From Thermodesulfobacteriota bacterium (GTDB lineage Bacteria; Desulfobacterota; Desulfobulbia; Desulfobulbales; SURF-16), in NCBI GenBank assembly GCA_040755455.1, contig JBFMAY010000040.1, positions 1-38,529 of the forward strand: a stretch of 38,529 bases of DNA, in the 5' to 3' direction. This document shows positions 18,777-27,234 of the stretch, one piece after another. Both the position numbers and the translations under genes were made by a program. The notes beneath the pieces were generated by a model that saw nothing but the letters and a program-made list of their open reading frames with translations, had not been told where the DNA came from and made no database searches. The stretch's first letter is position 1. Every line of letters starts with the position of its first letter.

Positions 18777-19607
18777 TCAGGTCCTTATTATTGCTTCTAC
18801 CTCTTCCGGGCTTACATTGAGCCTAAGTCTCCAGCGGGCGATAAATTTGCCCTCGGCCGGCATCATCGGATCAAGGAGGACGTAGGAGGCGGTGAGTTTT
18901 TTACGCAGCAATTCCAGTTGGTCTTCTTCTTTTGTCTCGAACAACTCCAGCAGGTATCCGAGGCGGCGATAAACCGCTCCGATATCCAGCATCAAAGCGT
19001 ATTCAACCAGCTTTTTCACGTCCATATCCTGCCGCCGCATCCAGAACCCCTTGGCGACTTCGCTGAAGCCGCCGCAGTATTCCGACTGCCTGAGCCCGTC
19101 GATCACGGTTCGCTCAAGATCACTTATCCTGATTTTCCGGGTTTTGGATGCCCAGTGGTCCATTGAGCCAAAAAATTGCTTCGGTTTGCAGCGCACGAAG
19201 CGGAATTCAGTTCCGAGGATGGATCGTGGGCGGATAGATTGAGTTGTAGTCGTATACACCACTAGCTGTGGCTGGGTGACCATTTGGTGAATATCCATAG
19301 CGGATGAATGGGAAATGAAGTAATCGGAGCCGCCGACAATTTCCGCAGCAACGACATATGGATCGCCAAGATAATCCCGCTCATGGCCTAATTCGGCCGG
19401 CACCAGGATGAACAATCCCGGCTTAAGTCTGGTCACAAGTCCCCTTTCCACGAGGCGGATCGTGAGCCCTCGGGCCGCTTTGGGACTCAGGCCGGTAATC
19501 GTTTCCACGTCCTGGTTGGAAAAGACTGTCTTTTGCTGCTCGTATAACTCAGCAACGAGAAAAGCCAATCTAGGACCAAGAGTTTTTAATTTCCGATTAT
19601 CTTTCAT
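18777..19607 (-). CDS. abiEi: AbiEi-family antitoxin / transcriptional regulator
   Basis: N-terminal wHTH (RLKPGLF), ISHSSAM, SDLERTVID, RRLGYLLE; upstream of abiEii; start placed at ATG 19607 (AGGAG RBS). Confidence 0.88.
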   Translation of the reverse strand: MKDNRKLKTLGPRLAFLVAELYEQQKTVFSNQDVETITGLSPKAARGLTIRLVERGLVTRLKPGLFILVPAELGHERDYLGDPYVVAAEIVGGSDYFISHSSAMDIHQMVTQPQLVVYTTTTQSIRPRSILGTEFRFVRCKPKQFFGSMDHWASKTRKIRISDLERTVIDGLRQSEYCGGFSEVAKGFWMRRQDMDVKKLVEYALMLDIGAVYRRLGYLLELFETKEEDQLELLRKKLTASYVLLDPMMPAEGKFIARWRLRLNVSPEEVEAIIRT

Positions 19608-19642
19608 TCGCGATACGCTCCTGTTTATGGAGCTTATCGCAT

Positions 19643-19680
19643 ACAAAATATAATTTGTCAATTTTATTATTATATCTTGT
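19643..19680. promoter_or_regulatory. Inverted repeat over the abiE promoter (candidate AbiEi operator)
   Basis: ACAAAATATAAT (19643-19654) / ATTATATCTTGT (19669-19680), 11/12 match, flanking a minus-strand TTGACA at 19656-19661. Confidence 0.55.
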
Positions 19681-20166
19681 CTGCAATTTGCTATAATTTT
19701 TGATGCTTTTTGCGTACTTTAATATAATTAAGGAAATTAACCTTGACCCAGCGCTCAATATAGATAAAACAACGGCATGAAGTTGATTTCCTACCGGGAC
19801 AAATGGTATCCGGGAGAGTGTTCCTCATCTTGACATGTTGGACATGTCTGATCAAAACACATTCAGCTAGGAACCCTGGTGTCTGCAAAACGCACTGAAA
19901 GAGTTGTTCATCAATTTCGGGAACCATTGTCACCCGGGATGATGAGACCACTCTGGAGGGAACATCACCGTGGTTCCTGTCTGGAAATGACTGCTGACAT
20001 TTTGACAATGAAGGGTCTATTGTCTGGAAAATATTGACTAATCGAAAGATGATTTACAGTTATTGTTGGTTGATGAAGTTCGAGAAAGGCGCTATCTGAT
20101 TTCAGGCCCAATCTGAAAAGTAAAAAGAAGGCTTGACCCTTTTTCTTTTTCACGAGAGTATAAAGA

Positions 20167-22755
20167 TTGACGATTCCGACCGCTCCAGACTACATCCGGG
20201 CCGGAAGCTTCTATAAGGTCCGCCGCTACCAATGGATTCGACCGATAATTGATCGTGTTCTCGAAGATCAATTTGAAGCTGCGGCTATTCCTGATTTTGT
20301 TGACTCTCTATATGAGGGACTCGGCACCCAAGTACCCCAGCCAACCGCCGAAGCACCCCCCTCTGTGGAACTCAAAGCCACCCAAGTCCTCCAAAGAATC
20401 ATTTCAATCGACAACATTTCAAACATCGGCCTTGTCGACCTTTCAACACCGATACAGCTTAATCCAGGACTCAATATCTTCTACGGAAAGAATGCTTCCG
20501 GGAAGAGCAGCCTATATGTCGCGCTGTGTAACCTTCTCGGCACCTCAAAGCGAACCTGCCACAACCTCAACAAAACTGACACAACAATTCAAGCTCGGAT
20601 TACAGCAGAAGAACAACAGGCTGGGGCGGTAAAACTCCTATGGAACGGGGGGCCACCCCTTCAAGTATGCGGAGCCAGAATTTTCGATTCAGAGATTTGC
20701 ACTTTTCTCGTTGACCGGGACCAAGAAAACCAATTCGAGATTGCTCATTTACGTTCTGAGTATTTTCCTTTACTTCAGAACGCGATCTCCATGGTTGAAG
20801 CCGCTTTAGAAAAATGCAGCCAACATCTGCAGGCTGAGTTCAAAACTAGCCACGAAGCTCTTTCCCAGAAAATTACAAACTTCTCCGGGATTGAGCGTGA
20901 TCTAAGCCCCGAATTCTTAGAACTCAACAAAATTAAGCCTGAGCAAACACTGGTACTCTCAACACTTGAGACGGCGATCTCTGTCATTCAAAAAGGAACT
21001 TCGAAAAGCACCATCAAGAATCTACTCGCCGCGCAGCGGGCTGGAAAAGAAATTCTAAATATTCTAGGTAGCCTCGAAGTCAAAAAAGAGCCTGACGGAA
21101 CGGAGAAAAACATTTGGGCTGATACACTTGGCGAGACTCTAGAGAGCACTCAAGCCACGCTCCAACAATATCTGGATTTCAAAACACTCACTGACCAAGA
21201 AGGCCAAGCAAAATTAGGAGGGCTCCTCTCCGCCAGCTGGCTTCAAAACGAACACTGGAAACAATTCATTGAAGCGAGTCTCTCTTTCGTGGCTTCTTTA
21301 CCGGAAGCGGAAGCGGCAGAGTACTCCTCCCTCTCGTGCCCGTACTGTTTACAAAAGCTTGATTCTCCCACAGCCAAAGAACTCCTAAGTGCTTACCGAA
21401 CTCTTCTGAGCGAAAACAAAGAGCAACTTCTACAACGTGAGGAACAACTCAACAAGATTCAACAAGAGCTTTCTTCAAAACTTTCAGAGGGACAACAGAT
21501 ACCTGAGAAACTCCGTATACTTCAAGCAGAGCTACCGACACTCGGTATTGACACTGAGCTGACGTACGATCTCAAACCCATACAAGCGCTTCTCTCTTCA
21601 AGTATCGCCTCAATTCAAAGTAAAACCGCTTCCCCCATTGATACCGATGCACGAGCGTCAAATTGGCTTTTCGGAATGGACATCGCGGTATTTTATGAAC
21701 GCTTCTCTGAAACCATTCGGACTCTTATTCAGAGTGAACACGACCAAGAAAAATCCCTTACAGAGCTTATTCAACAAGTCGAGCCACTCCGATTACAGAA
21801 AGCACTCACAGAAAATCGAGACGCGCTACTCAACTTTCTTCTATCAAGAAAAAGGCTTCTGGATATCCAGGAGCACTTAGCCGACCTCGTCTCGCTGAAA
21901 AGAGCCCTGAGCACCTGCGCAACACAATTCTCAAAAGAAATCCCGCTCAGCATCTTTAAAGCCCTCCTAAAAAACGAGTACGCCGCACTAAACTATACTC
22001 CTCCGGACATCTTCGATATCCGGTGCGCAACTACTGGGACAAAGAATAAACGAGTATACAGCCTTCGCGAGAAACGAATTTCTGAAATCTTCAGCGAAGG
22101 AGAACGAAAAATCCACGCGCTTGCGGATTTTCTCGCAGAGTCGAATCTCAACGACTTCAACGGAATATACATCTTTGATGACCCCGTGAACAGTCTTGAT
22201 GAGGACCGAATAGAGCGGGTAAGCGACAGAGTAAAAAAGCTTGTTGCAGATGGAAATCAAGTTCTCATCTTCACCCACAATCTAGTTTTCCTCAATTCGC
22301 TTATCGATACTACGGAAGAACGGATTACGGAGATAACTCGACTGACAGACCGGGTGCTCTTCACTCCAGAGCTCATTCTTGGTGCGGATCGAGAGCTTTC
22401 AAAAAGATTTCGAGAGATCCAGGACCGGATGAATGCGCTTTCAACGGAAACTGAAAAACAAGCCGACACCTTTGGGCTCCGGAATATCTATGATCTCATG
22501 AGCGGATATCTTGAGAGTTACGTTGAAATCCGAATTTTCAAGAACGTTATCAACCGTTACCGGCCGAACATCCGAATGCATAGCCTTAACAGACTCACGG
22601 AATTTAACCCAGCAGCTTTAGCACCGATTATAGAACTTTACGGGCAAACAAGTCGAAAAGGTTCTCGGCATTCACAGCCGGCTGGGGCACCGGAACCTAC
22701 ATACACCGAGATCCTTGGGCATTACGGGGTGTTGCTGAATAAATTTCCTATTTAA
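20167..22755 (+). CDS. RloC-like ABC/SMC ATPase with zinc hook and putative C-terminal HEPN RNase
   Basis: Walker A GKNASGKSS, coiled coils with central CPYC, signature FSEGE, Walker B/D-loop IFDDPVNSLD, FTHN, C-terminal RKGSRH (Rx4H). Confidence 0.7.
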   Translation: MTIPTAPDYIRAGSFYKVRRYQWIRPIIDRVLEDQFEAAAIPDFVDSLYEGLGTQVPQPTAEAPPSVELKATQVLQRIISIDNISNIGLVDLSTPIQLNPGLNIFYGKNASGKSSLYVALCNLLGTSKRTCHNLNKTDTTIQARITAEEQQAGAVKLLWNGGPPLQVCGARIFDSEICTFLVDRDQENQFEIAHLRSEYFPLLQNAISMVEAALEKCSQHLQAEFKTSHEALSQKITNFSGIERDLSPEFLELNKIKPEQTLVLSTLETAISVIQKGTSKSTIKNLLAAQRAGKEILNILGSLEVKKEPDGTEKNIWADTLGETLESTQATLQQYLDFKTLTDQEGQAKLGGLLSASWLQNEHWKQFIEASLSFVASLPEAEAAEYSSLSCPYCLQKLDSPTAKELLSAYRTLLSENKEQLLQREEQLNKIQQELSSKLSEGQQIPEKLRILQAELPTLGIDTELTYDLKPIQALLSSSIASIQSKTASPIDTDARASNWLFGMDIAVFYERFSETIRTLIQSEHDQEKSLTELIQQVEPLRLQKALTENRDALLNFLLSRKRLLDIQEHLADLVSLKRALSTCATQFSKEIPLSIFKALLKNEYAALNYTPPDIFDIRCATTGTKNKRVYSLREKRISEIFSEGERKIHALADFLAESNLNDFNGIYIFDDPVNSLDEDRIERVSDRVKKLVADGNQVLIFTHNLVFLNSLIDTTEERITEITRLTDRVLFTPELILGADRELSKRFREIQDRMNALSTETEKQADTFGLRNIYDLMSGYLESYVEIRIFKNVINRYRPNIRMHSLNRLTEFNPAALAPIIELYGQTSRKGSRHSQPAGAPEPTYTEILGHYGVLLNKFPI

Positions 22756-22859
22756 CGCCGGAAAGGGGTCATATCTGCCGTTGGCTTTTCTTGGTCCAAC
22801 AGATTTAGATAACTCCTATGTGTAAAGTCAAGTATTGTACCCTCTAATAAGCGGTAATC

Positions 22860-23000
22860 GGAATCCAAACCAGTCTCCTATTCGTGGTCTTCATTTCGAA
22901 GCCACATTTAATTATTCGAGGTTTTCCTGAAAGAGGGAGGCAGACTATAAATCGTGATGTCATTGAACTCACAGTTATCTTTAACGCCTTTCCCTCAACC
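22860..23000 (-). ncRNA. Predicted bridge/seek RNA of the IS110 element
   Basis: Two internal-loop hairpins; loop segments match the target flanks (10/10, 8/8) and the donor junction (7/7, 6/7); RNA ends are approximate. Confidence 0.75.
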
Positions 23001-23006
23001 CCGGTT

Positions 23007-24071
23007 TTAACTGGAACTGATTACCCCAATTGCATAAGGAGTATTATCGAGCAACAACCTCCTCATTCTAATGATCAAAGTTCGCGCTATGGCCACAATA
23101 GCTTTCTTCCCGCCAGCACGGACTTTGAGTTTCTCGTATTTCTCGCCCATCACACCATCTTTTCGGATCAGCTGCCATGAAGCCTGGACAAGCAATGCCC
23201 GAAGGGTACCTTTTCCAATTCTCGTTATTCTGCCCATGCGTATCTTTTCAGCGCTGGAGAATTGCGAGGGGGTCAATCCGACGTATGCTGCCACTTGATC
23301 GGCTTTCTGAAATCGACTGACATCCTGTAATTCCAACAATAACTCCATGGCAACCAAGATTCCTATGCCGGGAATAGTGCACAAAATTTCGACTTTGTCT
23401 TTGTAGCGAGGCTCTTCCGCCAGATCGCGGACCAGCTTTGTCTGTCGCGCGATTAAAGTCTCCAAGAATTGATACTGCTCCAATAGCTGATTAAAGCTTT
23501 TCTGCATCCAGCGGTCCTTGAATCGGATTCGACAGAGATTTTCAAAAAATATCTGGGTCCATTTCCCCTTTTTATCGGCAAATTCAATGCCGAAGAGCTG
23601 AAGTTCGGACTTTATTCGGTTCTGAACTCTTACCCGGTCGCGGAGTAACTGCCTGCGGCGCCTCGCGACTTGTCGATGATAGCGCTCCTCGTTGGTAGGA
23701 ACATGCACTCGTTTCAGCAGGCCTTTGGCAAGCAAAAGCGCCAACTTGCTGCTATCTCGGCGGTCTGTCTTTACCCGATTGCCATATTCACGCGGAATAA
23801 GGCTTGGGGGCGTGACAATGCAGTCAACGCCGAAGGAGGCCAAGTGATCATGAACCCAAAAACCGAAATACCCTGCTTCATAGACGACGCTAATCGGATG
23901 GCCTTTGAATTTTGTCAGTTGGTTTTTGAGCGCCTCCCAGTTGCCAGGGATGCTTGAATTGAAGAGCTCGACATCTGAAGTCCTGATGGTCACCTGCCAT
24001 CTCTTTTTGTGGAGATCGATGCCGACAAATATCGCTTCCCCTTTTTCGAGCTTTCTGTAACAATTTCTCAT
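23007..24071 (-). CDS. IS110-family transposase / recombinase
   Basis: RuvC-like DEDD (GIDLHK, VYEAG, KTDRRD), TIPGIG, AAYVGLTPSQFSS (catalytic Ser region), AIVAIARTL. Confidence 0.95.
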   Translation of the reverse strand: MRNCYRKLEKGEAIFVGIDLHKKRWQVTIRTSDVELFNSSIPGNWEALKNQLTKFKGHPISVVYEAGYFGFWVHDHLASFGVDCIVTPPSLIPREYGNRVKTDRRDSSKLALLLAKGLLKRVHVPTNEERYHRQVARRRRQLLRDRVRVQNRIKSELQLFGIEFADKKGKWTQIFFENLCRIRFKDRWMQKSFNQLLEQYQFLETLIARQTKLVRDLAEEPRYKDKVEILCTIPGIGILVAMELLLELQDVSRFQKADQVAAYVGLTPSQFSSAEKIRMGRITRIGKGTLRALLVQASWQLIRKDGVMGEKYEKLKVRAGGKKAIVAIARTLIIRMRRLLLDNTPYAIGVISSS

Positions 24072-24226
24072 AGAAGGCCTCCTTTGCGAGTGGTAGTTAA
24101 GGCTGGTTCAACCTTCACATTACCACGAACTATGGGAGGCCTCGCTTTGCATCATAGTTACTATAAATCATCTTCGATGAAGATATCGCCCTAGACGTTG
24201 TAAACTTCTTTTCTCTCCCCAAAAAC

Positions 24227-24250
24227 GTCACATCCCCGGAAAAAAGAAAG
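24227..24250 (+). promoter_or_regulatory. Conserved tra-block motif, copy 3 (GTCAC-N13-AGAAA)
   Basis: GTCACATCCCCGGAAAAAAGAAAG upstream of traW. Confidence 0.6.
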
Positions 24251-24302
24251 TAGCGGACCATTGACGCTACACTCGTAACTTTTTTCTACCGGCGGGGAAT
24301 AC

Positions 24303-24926
24303 GTGCGTTTTCTGACAATCCTTGTAATCGCAATATTTATCTGTATTTCGGGTGCTGATGCTTCTTTTGCCAGGCATCTCGGCACGGTGGGGAATGTCTA
24401 CCCTGTTGTGGAGCCGGACGCTTTGGCCGAAATCAGGGCGGCGGCCGCGCGGGTGGATTGGGAAAAGGTAATCGACCGGCAGCAGAAGCTGGCGATGATC
24501 AAGAACTTCCGACCCCGCGATCTGCACCCCCTGCCGGCCGCCAAGGCGGATAAATCTTTCTTGGTTGACATGACCTATACGCTGGATGCCGATATCCCTG
24601 ACGGCAAGGGCGGGGTGCTGTATCCAAAGGGCTTTGCTTTCAATCCCCTGGATTATGTCAAGCTCACAAGCATCCTTGTGGTTATCGATGCCGGTGATCC
24701 GCAGCAGATCCAATGGTTCAAATCCTCGCCCTATGCCGATGATTACAGAACAAGGCTGATTCTATCCGGAGGTGACTATTACGACCTTGCCCAGGAATTG
24801 GACAGACCGGTTTTCTATCTGGTAGACACCGTAGCCAGGCGGTTGCAGCTCGCGGCAGTGCCGTCCGTGATCCGGCAGCAGGACAATATGCTGCAAGTCA
24901 GGGAAGTGAGGGTGCCGCATGAATAG
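24303..24926 (+). CDS. traW: F-type pilus assembly protein TraW
   Basis: LGTVGNVYPVVEPD, DIPDGKGGVLYPKG, FNPLDY, AVPSVIRQ. Confidence 0.85.
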   Translation: MRFLTILVIAIFICISGADASFARHLGTVGNVYPVVEPDALAEIRAAAARVDWEKVIDRQQKLAMIKNFRPRDLHPLPAAKADKSFLVDMTYTLDADIPDGKGGVLYPKGFAFNPLDYVKLTSILVVIDAGDPQQIQWFKSSPYADDYRTRLILSGGDYYDLAQELDRPVFYLVDTVARRLQLAAVPSVIRQQDNMLQVREVRVPHE

Positions 24927-25923
24927 ATTACTCCTTCCATTGCTCTGTCTGTTGATTTTTTGCCCGGTCAGTGCCATGGCGGCACTCAAGAGCGGCCAGT
25001 TCGTCAATCCTATTACGGACGTGGCCTGGCAGGAGATTTTTCCGGTCAAGATCGCCGGCATTACCATCGCCGGTGCCTCCGGCAATTACGACACCCCTGA
25101 TCCTGCCTCCTATCCGGTCTGCGCCTGTCCGGCACCGCCGCCTATTTTTTACCGGATCGGTATCCCCATCAGTTTCTGGGAACCGGCGAGGTTGATCGAA
25201 ACCGTAGCCACCCCCTATTATTTCCCCTCTCTCGGTTTCGGACTGGATTTCGCTTCTACCAAGGGCTTCCTGTCCGGCAAGAACCACAGCTTGAACGATG
25301 CCCTGCCGGAACAGTCAACCTTCGCCCAGGCCCACTACCTGTTATTCCCGGTCTGGAGCGTACTGGAACTCTTGACCGATTTTGTCTGCGTGGAGCATTC
25401 CGGCTTTGATGTGGCCTATATTACCGAGCTTGATCCGCTCTGGCAGGATGACGAGCTGGCCTTCATCATCCAGCCGGAGGCACTGCTCTTCGCAAATCCC
25501 TTCGCCCAGATGGCCTGCGTGGCCGATTCGGTGGCGGTGAATGCCTATCGCCCCTTGGAATCCTTGTTCTGGTGCGTGGGTAGTGGTGGCTCGGCCTATC
25601 CCATGACCGGCCATGTCGATGACGAAAATATCATTCAGGCCAACGCCACCATTGCGGCCCGGATGATCTACAAATTGGCTCGGGAACTGCTGATCTGCGA
25701 CACCGGTCTCGATCTCTGTTCCTGCGTGCCGACGCCTATCTGGTACAAGCCCAATTACAAACTCCATGCGATGCGTCCGGCGGTCCGGAAAAAGGCCTGG
25801 CCCATCGGCAAGAGCGCCTTTTTTTACGGCTCCAATCTCAACCCTCCATACCGTGGCACCAAGGGACCGGGAGATGAATTTCTATGGATGGTATTCAGGA
25901 AAAGAGCATGTTGCGCATTCTGA
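24919..25923 (+). CDS. traU: F-type transfer protein TraU
   Basis: FVNPITDV.W..IFP, CACP, FWEPARL, TELDPLW, FWCVG, RKRACC. Confidence 0.92.
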   Translation: MNRLLLPLLCLLIFCPVSAMAALKSGQFVNPITDVAWQEIFPVKIAGITIAGASGNYDTPDPASYPVCACPAPPPIFYRIGIPISFWEPARLIETVATPYYFPSLGFGLDFASTKGFLSGKNHSLNDALPEQSTFAQAHYLLFPVWSVLELLTDFVCVEHSGFDVAYITELDPLWQDDELAFIIQPEALLFANPFAQMACVADSVAVNAYRPLESLFWCVGSGGSAYPMTGHVDDENIIQANATIAARMIYKLARELLICDTGLDLCSCVPTPIWYKPNYKLHAMRPAVRKKAWPIGKSAFFYGSNLNPPYRGTKGPGDEFLWMVFRKRACCAF

Positions 25924-26729
25924 TGAAAATAACCCGTCTGACCGGGACAGCGTTGGTCCTCGCCCTTTGCTTCGTTGCCAACCCGGCTTGTGCCGACGGC
26001 CAGTCAAGCACTGACCTCAAGATGCATGATGTCTCCGGAGTTCTGGATACGGCACAGAAAAAAGCAAAGGAGTTGAAACTTCCCGACAACGGTCAGGCGG
26101 ATGATTGCGGCTGCCGGGATGCGGCGGAAAAAGTCATGGAAAAATTCAACTCCCCGGGTTTCCAGGCCAAAATGCAAGACGAACAGCAACGCCTGCGGGA
26201 AACCGTGTTCAAGGACATCCTCACTGATACCCTGCCGCAGAGCGATCAGAATCCTCCGGCAGTTACTGGGTCCAATGCGGAACAGCTGTATCTCTTTGTG
26301 TCCAGTTCGGTGCCGCTCAATACCCTTCGAAACTATGCGGCCATGATCGATCAAGCCCGTGCCGGTGAGATTATCATGGTGCTGCGCGGTCTTGTCGGCG
26401 GGATGAAGAAAATCCGGCCCACCATGGAGTTCATCGGTGAGATGCTCAAAAAAGATCCGGGTTGCAATCTCGCAAAGGAAAAATGCGACAGCTATCAGGT
26501 GAACATTCAGGTCGATCCCCAGCTTTTTCAGCGCTTCGGCATCGAACAGGTGCCGGCCCTGGCGTACTTGCCGATCAGCGTGGACGAGGCGGAAGTGACG
26601 CAGGCGGAGCCTATCATCATTTACGGCGATGCCGGCCTGGACTACCTGCTGGAACGGATAAATCAGGAGGCGAAAAACGCTGAGCTGAACACGTTGATTG
26701 CCGCGTTGAGGAGAGGAAAGGGTAATTGA
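25908..26729 (+). CDS. trbC: F-type pilin assembly protein TrbC
   Basis: LFVSSSVP, VLRGL, VDPQLFQRFGIEQVPA. Confidence 0.85.
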   Translation: MLRILMKITRLTGTALVLALCFVANPACADGQSSTDLKMHDVSGVLDTAQKKAKELKLPDNGQADDCGCRDAAEKVMEKFNSPGFQAKMQDEQQRLRETVFKDILTDTLPQSDQNPPAVTGSNAEQLYLFVSSSVPLNTLRNYAAMIDQARAGEIIMVLRGLVGGMKKIRPTMEFIGEMLKKDPGCNLAKEKCDSYQVNIQVDPQLFQRFGIEQVPALAYLPISVDEAEVTQAEPIIIYGDAGLDYLLERINQEAKNAELNTLIAALRRGKGN

Positions 26730-26886
26730 GAACTCCTCATATAAAGCGGCTACTGTAAGTTATACCTACTGTCTATAAGCGGTTGCAGGGTTCGCAAATC
26801 CACGAAAGAGACCTGGTCGCTATAGCTTTTCTATGCGGGCTGGTCGATGACAAAGGAGTTGCGATGCCATGTGACCGCTTAAGGAA

Positions 26887-27234
26887 ATGGAGAATGAGAT
26901 GGACAACAAATCAAGCCCCAAAACAGCCGAAGTCCCCAAAAAACAGAAACTGGGCATTGTTGCCACAGCACTCATCGCCTTGGCGGTGAGCTTCGCCACG
27001 GCCGTGGGCGTGGTCGCCTTCTACGATCAGCGCTACGCCCAGAAAATAGTCACCCTGGATTTGCAGGGGTATATCCGCGCCCAGCGGGACAAGGCCGTTG
27101 CCGGTGAAATATCCGATGAAGAGTTACGCAAAAACATCGACGCCATGGAATCGGTGCTCTTGGCTCAACCGCCCAATCACATCGTACTTTTGAAAGAGGT
27201 GGTGTTAAGGAATGCCAGGGAAATCAAACCGTAA
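26887..27234 (+). CDS. TrbI-like F-type transfer protein
   Basis: Single N-terminal TM followed by KIVTLDL; size and position. Confidence 0.5.
   Translation: MENEMDNKSSPKTAEVPKKQKLGIVATALIALAVSFATAVGVVAFYDQRYAQKIVTLDLQGYIRAQRDKAVAGEISDEELRKNIDAMESVLLAQPPNHIVLLKEVVLRNAREIKP

Larger units (their letters stand above)
22812..24162 (-). mobile_element. IS110-family element (IS1111-like layout); core trinucleotide AGT at both ends
   Basis: ACT (plus strand) at 22812-22814 and 24160-24162; imperfect sub-terminal IR CTATG(A)TGYAAAG; DEDD recombinase gene; junction promoter. Confidence 0.85.

Noticed and set aside
19691..20153. ORFs 19691..20008 and 19965..20153 between abiEi and the RloC-like gene
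   Set aside because: No motifs or convincing starts; more likely a divergent promoter region or relic.
22807..24169. ATAG as the IS110 core, or AGT as a classical target-site duplication
   Set aside because: An ATAG core gives a 14-bp promoter spacer and does not fit the guide matches; AGT gives 17 bp and fits both loops. IS110 elements recombine through a shared core rather than duplicating the target.
26786..26815. c-di-GMP-I riboswitch (GCAAA...GAAA resemblance)
   Set aside because: The second GCAAA and the P1/P2 consensus are missing; kept only as a generic hairpin.
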